Shown here: positions 1 to 12,760 of the stretch, piece by piece | Numbering within the stretch: position 1 is the first letter of the stretch | Layout of the letters: every line of letters starts with the position of its first letter | Origin: Dipteris shenzhenensis | Lineage: Eukaryota | Assembly: GCA_047967505.1 (NCBI GenBank) | Contig: CM106538.1 | Reading direction: 5' to 3' (one strand) | DNA length: 64,000 nucleotides | Translations under genes and position numbers: made by a program | Notes under the pieces: generated by a model | Told to the model about the DNA's origin: nothing | Databases searched by the model: none | What the model saw: the letters and a program-made list of their open reading frames with translations, nothing else

Positions 1-799
1 ATGGATAGCTTTCCTCTCATCATTATCAATAGCCTCACCAAGCTCTTGCACAGTGGCATAGTATTCAAGTTCCAATTTGTAGTACTTGTCCCTTCAATAT
101 GCTACCCTTTCATCTTGCTTGGAGCTACCCTCTACTTGATCTGAATCTTGGGCATTTTGTATGGCTCTCAAGATTTCATGCAAGCCCCCTAACACCACTT
201 TGGTTTCCTTACTATGCTTTCACAACTGGCCTATCATGCCACCTTTTTCAATGATCCATGCATTTTGCATATTGCAAAATTGCTTACAAAGGCCATCCTT
301 TTTCATCTTCTGACTATCAAGAGTTGCTACCATGTACTTGAGCTCTATCTCTACACTCTCTACCTCCATTTCATTGCCCTTTAGTTGTTGCTTTAGGTAC
401 TTGATGTGCTCTTTTTCTTGTTGTCTTCTTTGCCTCTACTTCATAACCAATTTTTCAGCTTCCTTTTCCTTTTCCTTGGCTACCTTAGTTTGTAGGATAT
501 TATACAGTTGCTATTGCCTCACTATTGTGCTTGTCTATTTGTATCTCTCTCTCTATCTGTCTCCCTGTCTCTCTCTCTCATAGTTGCGCTTGCAATTCCC
601 TTATGTGTGCTGCATCTACCTTAGATTGTGCCCACTCTAGCTTGGCTTTAGCATCTTGCCTGAGATGTCACTTGAATACCACATTTGAGTGTCCTTGAAT
701 GCCTATCCTATGTACGTTCAATGCCTATACTATGTACCTTCCTCATCTCGTTATCAATTATGTCCAGCTAAGTTGTTAGGCCCATGCTCAAGAAGTGCA

Positions 800-1173
800 A
801 TCTTGTTGGCCTGTGGTGATATTAGAGACATCACTACAACTATCATTTGATCCTTCATCATCACCCATGGGGACAACAATACGATACTCCCAACTTCCTA
901 TATATGCCTTATTCTTGCATCGCCTCCATTTTCCTTGCATACATGGATCACAAAACCAAGAGACCTTCCTAATCTCAAGGAATATTTATTTGTAGCTGAG
1001 TATCCATTAATAGAATGCATAGACCCTGAGCCTACCACATGCTTGGATTCCCATTGATTATCTCTTTGTACTTCATCCTCTTTGATTTCCCAAAAGACTC
1101 TATTCACCTCACGGCCACAAAATTTGGCCCTTCGAAAATTCACGACATTAGTTGCACATTTCAAAGTGGCCAA
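800..1173 (-). pseudogene. C-terminal fragment of a DNA-transposon transposase, Sola2-like
   Basis: ORF 898-1173 plus a frameshift reads VNRVFWEIKEDEVQRDNQWESKHVVGSGSMHSINGYSATNKYSLRLGR/SWFCDPCMQGKWRRCKNKAYIGSWEY. This resembles, from memory, the Cys-rich tail (SCxCxxC..C.N....W) after the core of Sola2-type transposases. The catalytic core is not visible. Confidence 0.4.
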
Positions 1174-2033
1174 TAGGTTCCCTTGCCATTTGAATTTATA
1201 GACAGGTATAATCGAGCCACTAGCACTACAAGCTGGCTACATGCCAATGGAGAGTATAACCACTACCGATATATGGTAGAAACAGTTTAATGAGCCTTCG
1301 GCCTCCCTATTGTCTCCTAGCCATTTGCAAAGATATGCACCCTGGAAAAAAGGTTGGCTACATTGGTGAATTACAACACAAAGGTGCATATGGGTGGCAT
1401 CCCTATTAATCTAATTCAAAATATAGCATTGGCTAAAGCGGCTCAACTGGCATAGATCTAGCAAAATGGAGCATCACAATGTGGTGCTGCCTAATTTTTT
1501 GGCCCGACTCCGCGTATCAAAATAAACAAATTGGGCTGATTTCTTCTATAAGAAGTTGGTTGGCATCTACACACATAGGGAGAAGATCGAGGGAACCCAA
1601 TGTTCCTCATGCACATCACCAATGACCCCATTCTAGAAGGGTATGGTGATGCAAAAGGGGAAGTTAATCTGCTATCAGCTCCTGTAATATGAGAATGAGA
1701 GAAGTACAAGAGAGTACAAGGGTAAGCAAGGGGTTAGCCCTCCCTTCAAAAGATGGAATGTGTTTAAGGCCAAAAATTTGACTTTGGTCTTCGTTGTGTA
1801 CTTGCAACTTTGGAAATAGAAGCTCTCTCTTTCTCTACATTCTCTTGCATTGAGTCTTCTTATTTCATTTTGCTAGTTCCCTTATGATTGCCACTATCCC
1901 CCTCCCCCATTCCCTCCCCCCTCTCATTCTCATTCTGTTCTCCCCTTCCCCTTCCTCTTTTCCCCCTCTCAACCCTTCTCTCTCATGGGATCACTTGAAT
2001 TCGATAGACGCTTGGTTGACAAAAGCATGAGGC

Positions 2034-3420
2034 TTATCCATACAAAGTTCCCACAAGGAGTTGCATAGAAGCATAGGCTTTGATGGCATTCTTCCAAGAT
2101 CCCCATGACACGTGAGTCACCACCGAAGACCACATTTTTGAGCTTTTTATTATTGCAAACAGAGATGAATTCAACCTTTCTAATTCAAGAATGTACTTTG
2201 AGTCATTGTTAACTAGGATATATGTAACAAATGACCTGTTGAAACTTTTCCATCCATTTAAGCTATGGCAAGTTTCCTCTTCATCCCTAATCAAGGGCAA
2301 TCTTGCAAGCTTCACAAGAATTCTACTTATCAATGGGCTCAAACTTATCAGGGGAAATCTTGCAAGCTTCACAAGATTTCTACCCATCAATGGGCTCAAA
2401 ATTGCATCGGGTCCAAGAACCTATTCTTTGCCAGCATATATCTCTTCTTGAAGTCACTCCCATATCTGCTTTGGTACACACCAGCTAAAACAACAAAGTT
2501 ACTCTTTTTGAAGTCTTCAAGGGCTTGCAGAAACTCTCTATGCTTTTGCAATGTGACATCACACAATAAATAATCATCTTTTCAAAGTCTCTTAAACATC
2601 ATGGGACAGAGATTGATATTGCTTGCAAATGGTGTTTTAGGTTTTCCTCGTATCTGCATACAATTTGCGTGCAAATGATCATCCAACTTCGTTGCTTTGT
2701 GAACAAGGAAGCTCAATCAATCAGCATTGTGGCCACATTGAATTGCAAAATTCCCCAAATTTATCCCTTGTCTCTAGAAGGATGTAATTCTGCCATGCTT
2801 ATAGAAAAATATGCAAGTGCATGTTCTTCATATGCATCCTCTTCATCACTATCCAACTCCTTGCCTGCTTGTAAATAAGCTGCACTCGAACGATTTTTGT
2901 GGAGCTAGAGTTGTTTTGGCTTTCTTTCTCGGAATAGCTGTGCAAGTTGAGCCAGTCCCTGCAGTAATGCCATAGATGGTGTAGTTATAGCCAGAGATTT
3001 TGTGGGGGGTACAAGTTTAGAGCAAGATGCTACCAGTGGCACACTGATTGTAGGTACAACAACACTCAGCAATGCATCCCATATGTTTTTAGTGATACCA
3101 AGGAATCAAGTACTTCTGGAGATCCTTGCACTGAATATAGTATAGCCTTCAGGAAGTACTTCATGTTGCTAACATGTAACTTATATACCAAATCTTCATC
3201 ATTCCTACTTTTGCACACAGCTTCCATCAACTTGAATATTTATCCATGAGACTACGCCAACATTTTGTACTGCTTGTAGATCATATTTGGAGCTTGACAC
3301 ATTATCAGAGGTGATCACCAAAAAGCATTTTGAATTTCACTCCAAATAATGCCAACCATGATCAATGTATTTCTCAATGACCTTGGGAGCCTCGAACTTT
3401 GCCGTGATTTCTCCCAAACA
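2034..3420 (-). pseudogene. degraded coding-like region of unknown function, probably TE-associated
   Basis: Interrupted minus-strand frames (e.g. ORF 2034-2399) containing an in-frame 57-bp duplication. No recognisable family. Confidence 0.3.
2290..2402. repeat. 57-bp tandem duplication (2 copies)
   Basis: atcaagggcaatcttgcaagcttcacaaga... at 2290 and atcaggggaaatcttgcaagcttcacaaga... at 2347. Confidence 0.9.
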
Positions 3421-3846
3421 AGTAAAAATAAATAAATTGAAATTTAATTTCAAACTTCAAACTAGCTATATGGAGTTTTATAAAATTAAAATTAAAACTA
3501 TATCATACATATGGTTAGTTAAGGTTTAAAATTTAGATTTAAAATTAAAGTTCAAACTTTAACTATATATGGTTTAAACTAATATTGGTTTATTTAAGCG
3601 AGTTAGTTTTAAATAAAATAAAACTAAGTTTTTCAAATAAAAATATATTATATTTCAAAATTTAAAAGTAAATTTAAATAAATGTATTAATTTTAAAAAA
3701 TATATTTAATTATTTTTTAAATATAATAAAAATAATTATTTATTATTAAAATTTTGTATTTAATAATAAATTAAAATTAATGAAAAATAAAAAAAATTCA
3801 TTTAAAAAATATAAGTTCAATGACTTTCTAAATATATTTTTTTTTT
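3421..3846. other. extremely AT-rich low-complexity tract (a second one at ~4950-5570)
   Basis: Almost only A/T runs. Confidence 0.85.
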
Positions 3847-6394
3847 CCGAACGGGGATGTCGAGTGGAGGGCGAGGGAATAGGGATAGAGGCCAGCCAAG
3901 AGAGATGAAAGCTAAGGGATGGTGAGATTGAGGTGGGAGGAGGTCGAGGCAGGTGGGAGGAAGCTGGGGCAGGAGGAACGAGAGGACATTGGGGCAGCAG
4001 GAGGAGGCCATGGTAGAGGAGAGAGGCCAGGGGCCAACCTCCCTACCTCACTAACCTAGTGCGCACGCAACAAATTGGTGAGGGGTGGGGGTTAATTCCT
4101 CCAATGCCTCCCCACCCCCTCTGCCTCCTTGCTATGCCTCTCTCTCTGTCTTCTCTCCTCTGCCTTCAATTGATCCCCCTCCATTGCGCACGAAGTGCCG
4201 CTCTACCTCCACCATGAATGAAGTGCCATTCTATCGGCTCCTCGCAAGAGGCAATGCATGCGAGAGGGGAGAGAGAGAGAGAGAGAAGAGGAGAGGCAAA
4301 CCTAAGAGAGAGAGAAGAGTCAGGAGGGAGAGGGAGAAGGTGGTTGAGGGGGAGAGGGGAAGGAGAGAGAGGGGGAGGAGGGATTACCTAGGAAGAGGAG
4401 GAGGCCATGAGTGATGGAGGAGGAGGAGGAACATTTGAAAATAAAAATTGAGAATGAGAGATTGAGAAGGGAGTAGAGATTTTATGGGAGGCGAGATATA
4501 TTAGGGTTTAGGGCCGCTTTTTAGGTCAATTATAAGTAGCATAACCTTCATTCGACACTTCATTTTTCAATTATCTTGGTTTTCTCTTCATCGCAACCTA
4601 TTGCATGAATTGATTTTTTTTCAAAATGTTCTAACATGTGAATGCACACAACTTCCAACTATTAATTTTTTTTGCTTTGTTTTTTTTAAATTTTCATATC
4701 CCAACCTATTGTGTATGCAACTTTAGAAGCTTGCTTAGCTTGCTTTGGTTTGCACTTTTGAAACTTTTCAAAAAATTCTCCCAACCTATTATGTATGCAA
4801 CAACTTCAATAAGCTTGGTTTTGTTTGCTCTTTTTGAAACTTTTCAATATTTCTCAAACCTATTGCTTTTTGTTTGCGCTTTTAAATTTTTCTAGATTTC
4901 TCATATCAAATTTCTCTCAAACTCAACTCTTTTTTAACAAAAGCTTTGGTTAGCACTTTATTAATATGAACTATGTAAATATCATATTTTTATCGATAAT
5001 ATAATAATATATTAATTAACTATTAATACATAGTATAATCTATAAAATTAGCTAAATATGATATATGTATAGAAAAGTATCTATAAAAATCATTAATATC
5101 ATTGATATAAAATTAGAAATATTAAAATACATATAATGATAAAATATAATTAATATATTCATTAAAATTATATAAATATAATTATTTTAATTTGAATTAT
5201 AAAATTATTGATACAAAAAAGGAACCAAGTCCATGGGTGAGTATGAAAAAAAACTTTAAAACCCATTAAAGTAGTAAATTATGTAAATTATTAAACCTAT
5301 TAATATCATATTTGAATTTTATGAAGTAAAAAAATATGAATAATAATAAGTAAACCTCATGTTTAAAAAAATACAAACTATAACTTAAATTAATTTAAAA
5401 ATACTAATGTAATATTTATATTTATTATTATTATTTTGCAAAACTAAAAAAATAAATTGGGATCAAAGAATATTCTTCAAACAATAAAGAATATTAGTGA
5501 ATCATAAACTAAGGAGTATGTACAAAATTGAAAACTAATTTAGAAATTATTCAACAAATTCATAAGCTCGGAGTTAAGAAATATGCATTAGTGTGCTTTT
5601 AGCATATGTGCTTATCTTTGATGGCATATTTCCTTGTTTTGTATTATGCATCATGCATGAGTGTTGAAAAATGTGCATCTGTGTGCTTCTAGCCTCTGTG
5701 GTTGTCTCAAATGGGCATGATACTTTCTTTGGGCCTTAGACTAATTAAGCTTTAGGCCTTTGCAAAGTATCATACTCATCAGATATCATTTGCATGGTTT
5801 GGAATGCATTTTATTGAATTTTTATTTCTTACCATGCATCATACTTGGGTGTTGAAAAATATGCCTCATTGTGCTTCTAGCATATTATATGCTTGTCTCT
5901 GATCGGTATGATACTTTTCACAAGATTTGAACTCACCAGTTTAAGGCTAACTGTAAAGTATCATGCCCATTAGATTTTGTTTTTGGTTTAAAAAAAGTAA
6001 TATTTTATTATATGGAAAATTTACAATGAGAGTTCAGTGAACAACATCAAAACTAAAATACAGACATGTGGCACAAAATTGTAGTAGCCACAGCATATAA
6101 CAATAGTACTCCTAAGGAGATCAGTGACTGCATACGCTCCAATAGAGAAAGCAGCAAAGAGGACATCAAAGGATCCATTAACAATAGTAACATTATGTTT
6201 TAGAAATCAGTAGTAGTAGCCCATATATTTCCATGGTACCGGCAAGTGTTCCTCCACGTTCTTTGATATTGTTCTTCACGGTCATGAAGATCTCCAAATA
6301 ACAGATCATGATCCCTGTTGAAGACTCCAATGGCCTTTGAGATTCTGCTTCTTTCTTGAGAACCATTCAAGGAAAAGAAATAACTCGCTCTTCA

Positions 6395-8565
6395 CTGGTC
6401 GGAATAAAATGAGGCATCTTTGTCAATAGATCCACAATTATCCATAGAGAGTTATGCCCCCTTTGTGCCCTAGGTAATCCAACAATAAAATCCATGGAGA
6501 TACTTTCCAATTTTCTAGATGGAATCTCCAATCAGTGTAGGAAACCTCCTACCTTAAGGCATTTAACATTATTGACCTCGCATTTTTGGCACTTCAATAC
6601 ATAATCTTGGACATCCTTATCTATTCCAAGACAAGAGAATTGCCTCTTTAGAAGTGCATATGTTTGAGTGTGTAGCACTCGGACTATCTTGACACTCAAA
6701 GAGAATTTGGTGCCTAATGTCATTATTATCCGAGAGACACATTCTCTACCTTTGTAGAGTAGGTAGCCATCCTCAATAGTAATTTTCCATTTGATTCCTT
6801 TATCATTAGCATGTGGTGTGTCACCATTTCCATGTGACTCCTCAGTTAAAGCTCCTTGATTAGTTAAATCCCTCTTCTTAATTGCTTTCCATATTTCAAA
6901 AAAGTGAGGATTAAACTCAAATTTTCCTTTTAAGGACTTAGGAAATCATTTTGGAATTGAGTAAAACTCAAATCATTATGAACAATTGGCATTCAGCTTA
7001 GGGAATCTGCTACCACATTGAAGCTCCCTTTAGAGAATCTAATTGAATGTCAAACTCTTGCATTATTTTAGCTGATTTAGCTTTTCTACCTTTAAGCTCT
7101 AGCTGATTGCAAATCCACTTAATGCTTTATTGATAAAAAATGATCTCAATTTTGGCACCATACAAAAATAGTGCATCCATTTCTTCAAAGTGTAGACTAT
7201 AGCATACCATTCCTTCTCATATGCCAAGTAATTTTGTTGGGAAAATCTATCTTTTTGCTTTCAAAAGCCATAGTCGAACTTTTTGTAAAAGTATCACCCC
7301 AAAATCAAAATCATTGGCATCTATTTCAACCACAAATGGTTCATTGTGATCCCCTACCTTTAAGACATGAGTAGATGCTACAATCACTTTTAACTTCTCA
7401 AAACTATTCTTTTGAGGTTCATCCTATATGAAGGTACTTCCCTTCCCGTTAAGCTGATCCATCATCATAACAAAAACCTTAGCATAGTCTTGGATGAATC
7501 TCCTATTAAACCCAGACAAAGCTAAGAAGGTTTGCAATTCTTGTAGGTTTGTAGGATGTGGCCATTCCAATATGGTCCTTACCTTCTCGGGATCCATACC
7601 AATAACTTCTTGGGATATAATATGTCCCAAGTAATTCACTTATTTTGCAAAGAATTGACATTTGGATTCTTTTGCAAAAAGAGAATTATTTCTAAGCAAT
7701 TGGAACACTTTTCTCAAAAAGTTCAAGATGCTTTTTCCTCATTTTACTATAGATGAGGATACCATCTAGGAATACTACACCAAGTTCTCCTAAATATGGC
7801 CTCAAAACACTGTTCATAAGTGTCATAAAAGTTGATGGAGCATTAGTTAAACCAAATGGCATTACATTGAACTGATAATGCCCATACCTAGTAAGAAATT
7901 CATATGTCTTAAGGACATCGTCTTCTCTAATTTGTACTTGGTGATATCTTGATCTTAAGTCGATTTTCATAAAATATTTTGCCCCTTGGAATTGATCAAA
8001 GAGCTCATAAATTCTTAGGCATATGATATCTATTTTTTTAAAGTGATTTTACTTAAGGTTCTATAATCTATGCATAAATACATAGTGCCATATTTTTTCT
8101 TTACTAGTAAAACTAGTGATGACCATGGTGAATCACTAGGTTGAATTTGGCCCTTCCAAAGGTATCTGACTAATTGTTTTTTGACCTCATGTTCTTCCAT
8201 TGGACTTAGTCTATTAGGTCATTTACAAACAAGGGGATATCCAAGAATTATCTATTGTATGATCTACATCTCACACGGGAGGTAAACCATTAGGCAAGTC
8301 ACTCGGAAAAACATATTTAAGTTCAACCACTAAATCCTTAAATGAAGATTCATAAATTTTTATCACATCAATAGAAAATTTATGCTCTTTAAATGTAGCA
8401 AAATCAAAATCACCAATAGAAGAAAGTTCACAGAGATATACCTTGCATTGTTGTTGTTTTAGAAGTTTATTCAATTCCATCAAACAAATAAAGGGAGAGT
8501 TGGGTAAATCATGTTCTCCTTGAATTTGGAAGACTCTACCAGACTCTACCATCTTTCTCAAACAT
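6395..8565 (-). mobile_element. Ty3/gypsy pol remnant (RT-RNaseH-integrase N-terminus), chromovirus-type RT signature
   Basis: [44 protein letters not shown] (7692-7970), YLGHIISQEVIGMDPEKV (7424-7639), and integrase [30 protein letters not shown] (~6400-6720). Many stops and frameshifts. Confidence 0.92.
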
Positions 8566-9419
8566 TATTGTTTTGGGTTCATCTGGAACCCGCAAAAGTA
8601 TTTCTAGAATAACAAAAACTCAAAGCACAACGCACAACTCATATATGGAATGCAAGATGTCATTACGAATAATGCAGAGATCACATTGTTGGAATCAAAA
8701 TCTCAAAATACCATCTGAATAATTTCTCAAAATAGATCAACAGATAAAAGAAGAAGTAATATCCATTTTCCAAAATATAAGATGCTTACAATAGTAGATC
8801 CAAAAACTTTCTCCACACTCTCTATCTCGAAACTCATACATATGTCTAATATACTATCTAGATAATATCGGCCTATCACTGGCACACCTGATGGATAAGA
8901 TTTGGAACAAATTCATGGACCTGAACCCAACGAAATGTTTTCATCAGAATATTGGAGTGCTTTGCATATAAGCTCTCTTCATGATGTAATCATCACATCA
9001 ACCCAAGACTATGCTGGATATAGAGTAAAGAGCTTGGTGCAGTATCAAGATTTACACACTCCTACACATAGTTGATTACACAGTGTACAAAAAAATATTT
9101 TGAACCCAGTCTTATTTTATTTGATAGCAAAAATTGAAACTATATATGAAATATAAACATCACTAGATATATGTTTCTGTATTTGAAAGACACAGTTGGT
9201 TGTCATTTGGTAAAAATCTTGATGTGTTAAAAAACATAGTTGGTAATGGTTTTGGAAGAAGAAAATATAGACTAATCTTTAAAACATCAGTTTGGGTGAA
9301 ATTCTGCGTGCTCAACATGTTTTTGTAGCTCAAGCTATTGGTTTTTCAATTCTCTATTCAAAAGAATTGGCCCATCATCTACATCTCTTTCTAGCCTTCT
9401 TTGTATTCCCATTGCTCCT

Positions 9420-12400
9420 GCCTACGTCCTTTGCTTTGATCTATCATAGATTTTTGTCTACCAATTCTTAGAGTGTCTGTGCTTTAAATGATTGCAGATC
9501 CTCCTCTTCTTGCTCATCATTGAAATGAGTATGCATTGTTAGCTCAATTTGCACATCCCCTTCTTTTCAAACTGCAAAGTCTGCCCTACTTTAGTAATTG
9601 GTGCACTGACTACCTCCTGTTCTTTAGATGTTCTGAATTCTTCTTCTATGAATTGGGACTCTCCCAACTTAGACATAGAGGCTGCCAATATTATTTGTTT
9701 TGACTTCTTCTCTTCATATAACTCTTTCTGCAAGACCTCCAACTACTCCTCTAGTATATTCACTCGGATTGATTCTATAGTTTAAATACGTTCTCCAAAT
9801 GGTTGCTCAAGTGTAGCTAATAATTTCTATTTTATCTTTATCCACATTTTAGTCATGTAATCATACAATCTTGTCTGCAACTCTTCTACACTCTTTAAGC
9901 TCATGAACATGCCTTCTACCTCAAGAGTATCCTCATTATTCATGACCTTGATCTGAGCCTCTACCTCTGTCAATGCATCCACCCAGTTTTACCATCTCTA
10001 TGATCTAGAAGGGTCTTTCATTGGACGGTGGAGACCCACATGCACCTTCTTTGTGAGTGTCCTATCTCAAAAAAAACTTTGGAATGCTCTAGAGTTTAAG
10101 CTATGCAGTTTGCATCTGGATATCAAACAGAAATGGAGATTAGTGCTACTAGGTGACAGAGGCACACTGTTTTTGACTCTTGAGAGCCCTCTTCGGTTCA
10201 CTAGTCTCATTCTATTGATGCGGCATCTCGTATGGCACTTCCAACAATTCCATCACAGTCTTTTGAGCTAAAAGTGGATATCTCTCCTTCGGATATAGTT
10301 ATTGATGGTAATGAGGATCTACATGTGGATTTGACACAACAAGATACGCAGGTGGATATTTCTTCTTTCAATATAGTAAATGATGATACAGTGGAACAAA
10401 TTGTGGATTTGAGAGTGCAAGAACTTGGGGCGCAAAATCCCTTTAGTAAGAAAACTTATTAAAATCTTGAGTATGAGATGAATTTAACAATATGCTATGA
10501 GTAAAAATTAGTCAAATTAACATGGTGGTGTTTTGCACTAAAAGAGCTTCAAATATTTCTTTACACCTTGAAATTTGGGTAACACATGACAAAGTTACAT
10601 TAATTTGAAAGGAGATGGGTTTTCATATTTTAGTGTATTTTTTGTTTACCCCCCCTCATCCAAAAGACCTCCTCTCCTTGGACCTCACATATTATGAAAA
10701 ATATGTACAAATCTTAAAGTCTTGCATATTTTTGAAGGTATATACCTTATATTTTGTGGCAGGGGGGGCATGAAATTTTCATATTTGTCCCTTGCATATT
10801 TGAAAAGTTTAAAGGAAATCCATGCATATTCTATATTATGGACCTTGTTGCCCCATACCCTAGATTTTGGATGAGGGTAGTAACATATTATCTATTGAGT
10901 TGGCACCCCAGGATCCCACCCTCGCTTGTAAAATTGTATTTTTAGTGGACAGTTTTGAATTTCCCTCCATCAAGATATTTAAGTGTTCAGTTAGGGTACT
11001 TTTGACCTCCACTAGCCACTTCTGTATGTCTTCAACCATACTAGTTTTTGCAATCAACAAACTCTGCAACTTCTTAGTCTTCTCCCTTATCTGTGTATTT
11101 TGCTGCTCCACTTCTCCCATCATCAACATATTAGTTGTTTATCTCTCTTGGGCCTCATTTGTTGTTGTAGCAATTGATTTTCTCCTGTTTTAACTTTGCC
11201 TTCTCATCTATAAGTTGTTTAACCTGAGTTTGCAATCTTATCACCTTAATATGCATATGTTTTGTAAATTTCTCATGACCTTCTTTGTAGCTCTTATGCA
11301 TCTATCTTTCTGTTTCTAATTCTTCTAGCAACATTTGTTCATGCTGAGATCTTAGCCTTTGCTGTTGATGAAATGTGGTCAAAACATTAACAAAAGATAC
11401 AATTTGACTTACTGCCCAATCCACTTGTTGCTCAAAAATTGCTTCAGGTACCCTTGATGCCGAAGGCATACTTTGAACATTCACCTTAGGAAGATTCAAA
11501 AATGGAATTTTCTAATGCTGCACTTCTTCCCTTCCTGGTGATGGGATTAAGGTAAACTCTTGGCATTTGATTGGTTCCTCTTGTCCCATTATTCCCATTG
11601 AGTTTGGTTTCTCTTCCCTTGGATTGGCATTTTCTTTATCATTGCCTTGCTCTAACAATAAAACATCCTTCTCTTTGGTTAATGACTCCAAAATTTCCAA
11701 TCCCTTATCCTCCTTGGATTCTAATTCCCCTATTTGAATCTCAACTTCATTAATCTTCTTGTAGGATTAGTACTCCGGGGTGGAGATGGCAACACATCTT
11801 CAACAATTTTAACCCTCTTGTAGGACTCATCAATATCCCAGTTTGTGATTCCATTTTCTTGCAATGTGGCCTTTTCCTCTTCTGTGAGTGGAATTCTATT
11901 CGGGCTAGTTGTATCATCCCCTTTTTTTAAAGGTCATTATGACCATGTAACTATATCTGCATACTCAAAAAGTCAAGCTAGCATCTATCTGAGCTTTGAC
12001 TGTGTAACACTTTTGCATTTTTCCTTACCGAGAACTTCTCCCATTATTTTGGCATGCAACTATCCCCACCCAGTTGTACTTACATTCACTTTCTACTGAA
12101 AGAAAGAGTGAGTAAATGCATTTTGACATGTAGCCGTAATTTTTAAGAAACATTATGTACTCTAGAAACCGTAAAGTTTTCTTCTATCTTACTGTGTTTT
12201 TGCAATTTCTAATCATATAGTAAAATCTGGTGGTCTAAGACATACCGAATTCTACAACCACTTGCTGCTGTGAAGTGCATTTCATTTCTAACTTTGTAGG
12301 TGCCTCTGAATACCATGGTAAGTTAAATACTTGCGACACCACTTTCTCAGTCACTCATACTCCTAGTGCTACATAACCCCCCAATTCTTGTAAGTGACCA

Positions 12401-12760
12401 AACTGCTCATCAGCCTGCATATTAATATGCCACCTCCACCAATGGCAGTTGTGGTAGCATTCTAGCTCCATCTTCTTTAATCATACTAAATTTTTTGATA
12501 CATCGTCATCCATATAAAATTTAAAATTCACAAATGGAGATGACTCGATGATAGTTACATACGGAACCACTCACTTTGCTCGCTTTAGGTACGACTCTAC
12601 CACTTGCTCCTCGAGCTCTTTGAACTTCTGGGCTTTGGAACGTAGTGTCTTGGATGGTCCAAAAGACACCTTTCTTTTTCCCATACTTTCAAATTGCATT
12701 TGAGAATTGGAGTCTGCTTGGGCTTGCGAGGTGGCGCTTGCAGTGTCTATTGTAGGCAAC
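9420..12760 (-). pseudogene. accessory ORF 3' of pol (plant-transposon-protein-like N-part plus long coiled coil)
   Basis: Same strand as pol. Fragments 12571-12759, ..VTEKVVSQVFNLP.., 11302-11700, 10912-11129 and 9539-9742 are E/K/Q/L-rich. Interrupted by a MITE. Confidence 0.55.
10424..10912. mobile_element. ~490-bp MITE, copy 1 (hAT-type family)
   Basis: Ends cttggggcgcaaaatc ... gagttggcaccccagg. The body aligns with the copies at 17069 and 46519. No TSD is preserved here. Confidence 0.85.

Noticed and set aside
4085-4414. 109-aa ORF with an R/E-rich tail
   Set aside because: Low-complexity purine-rich sequence with no family signal.
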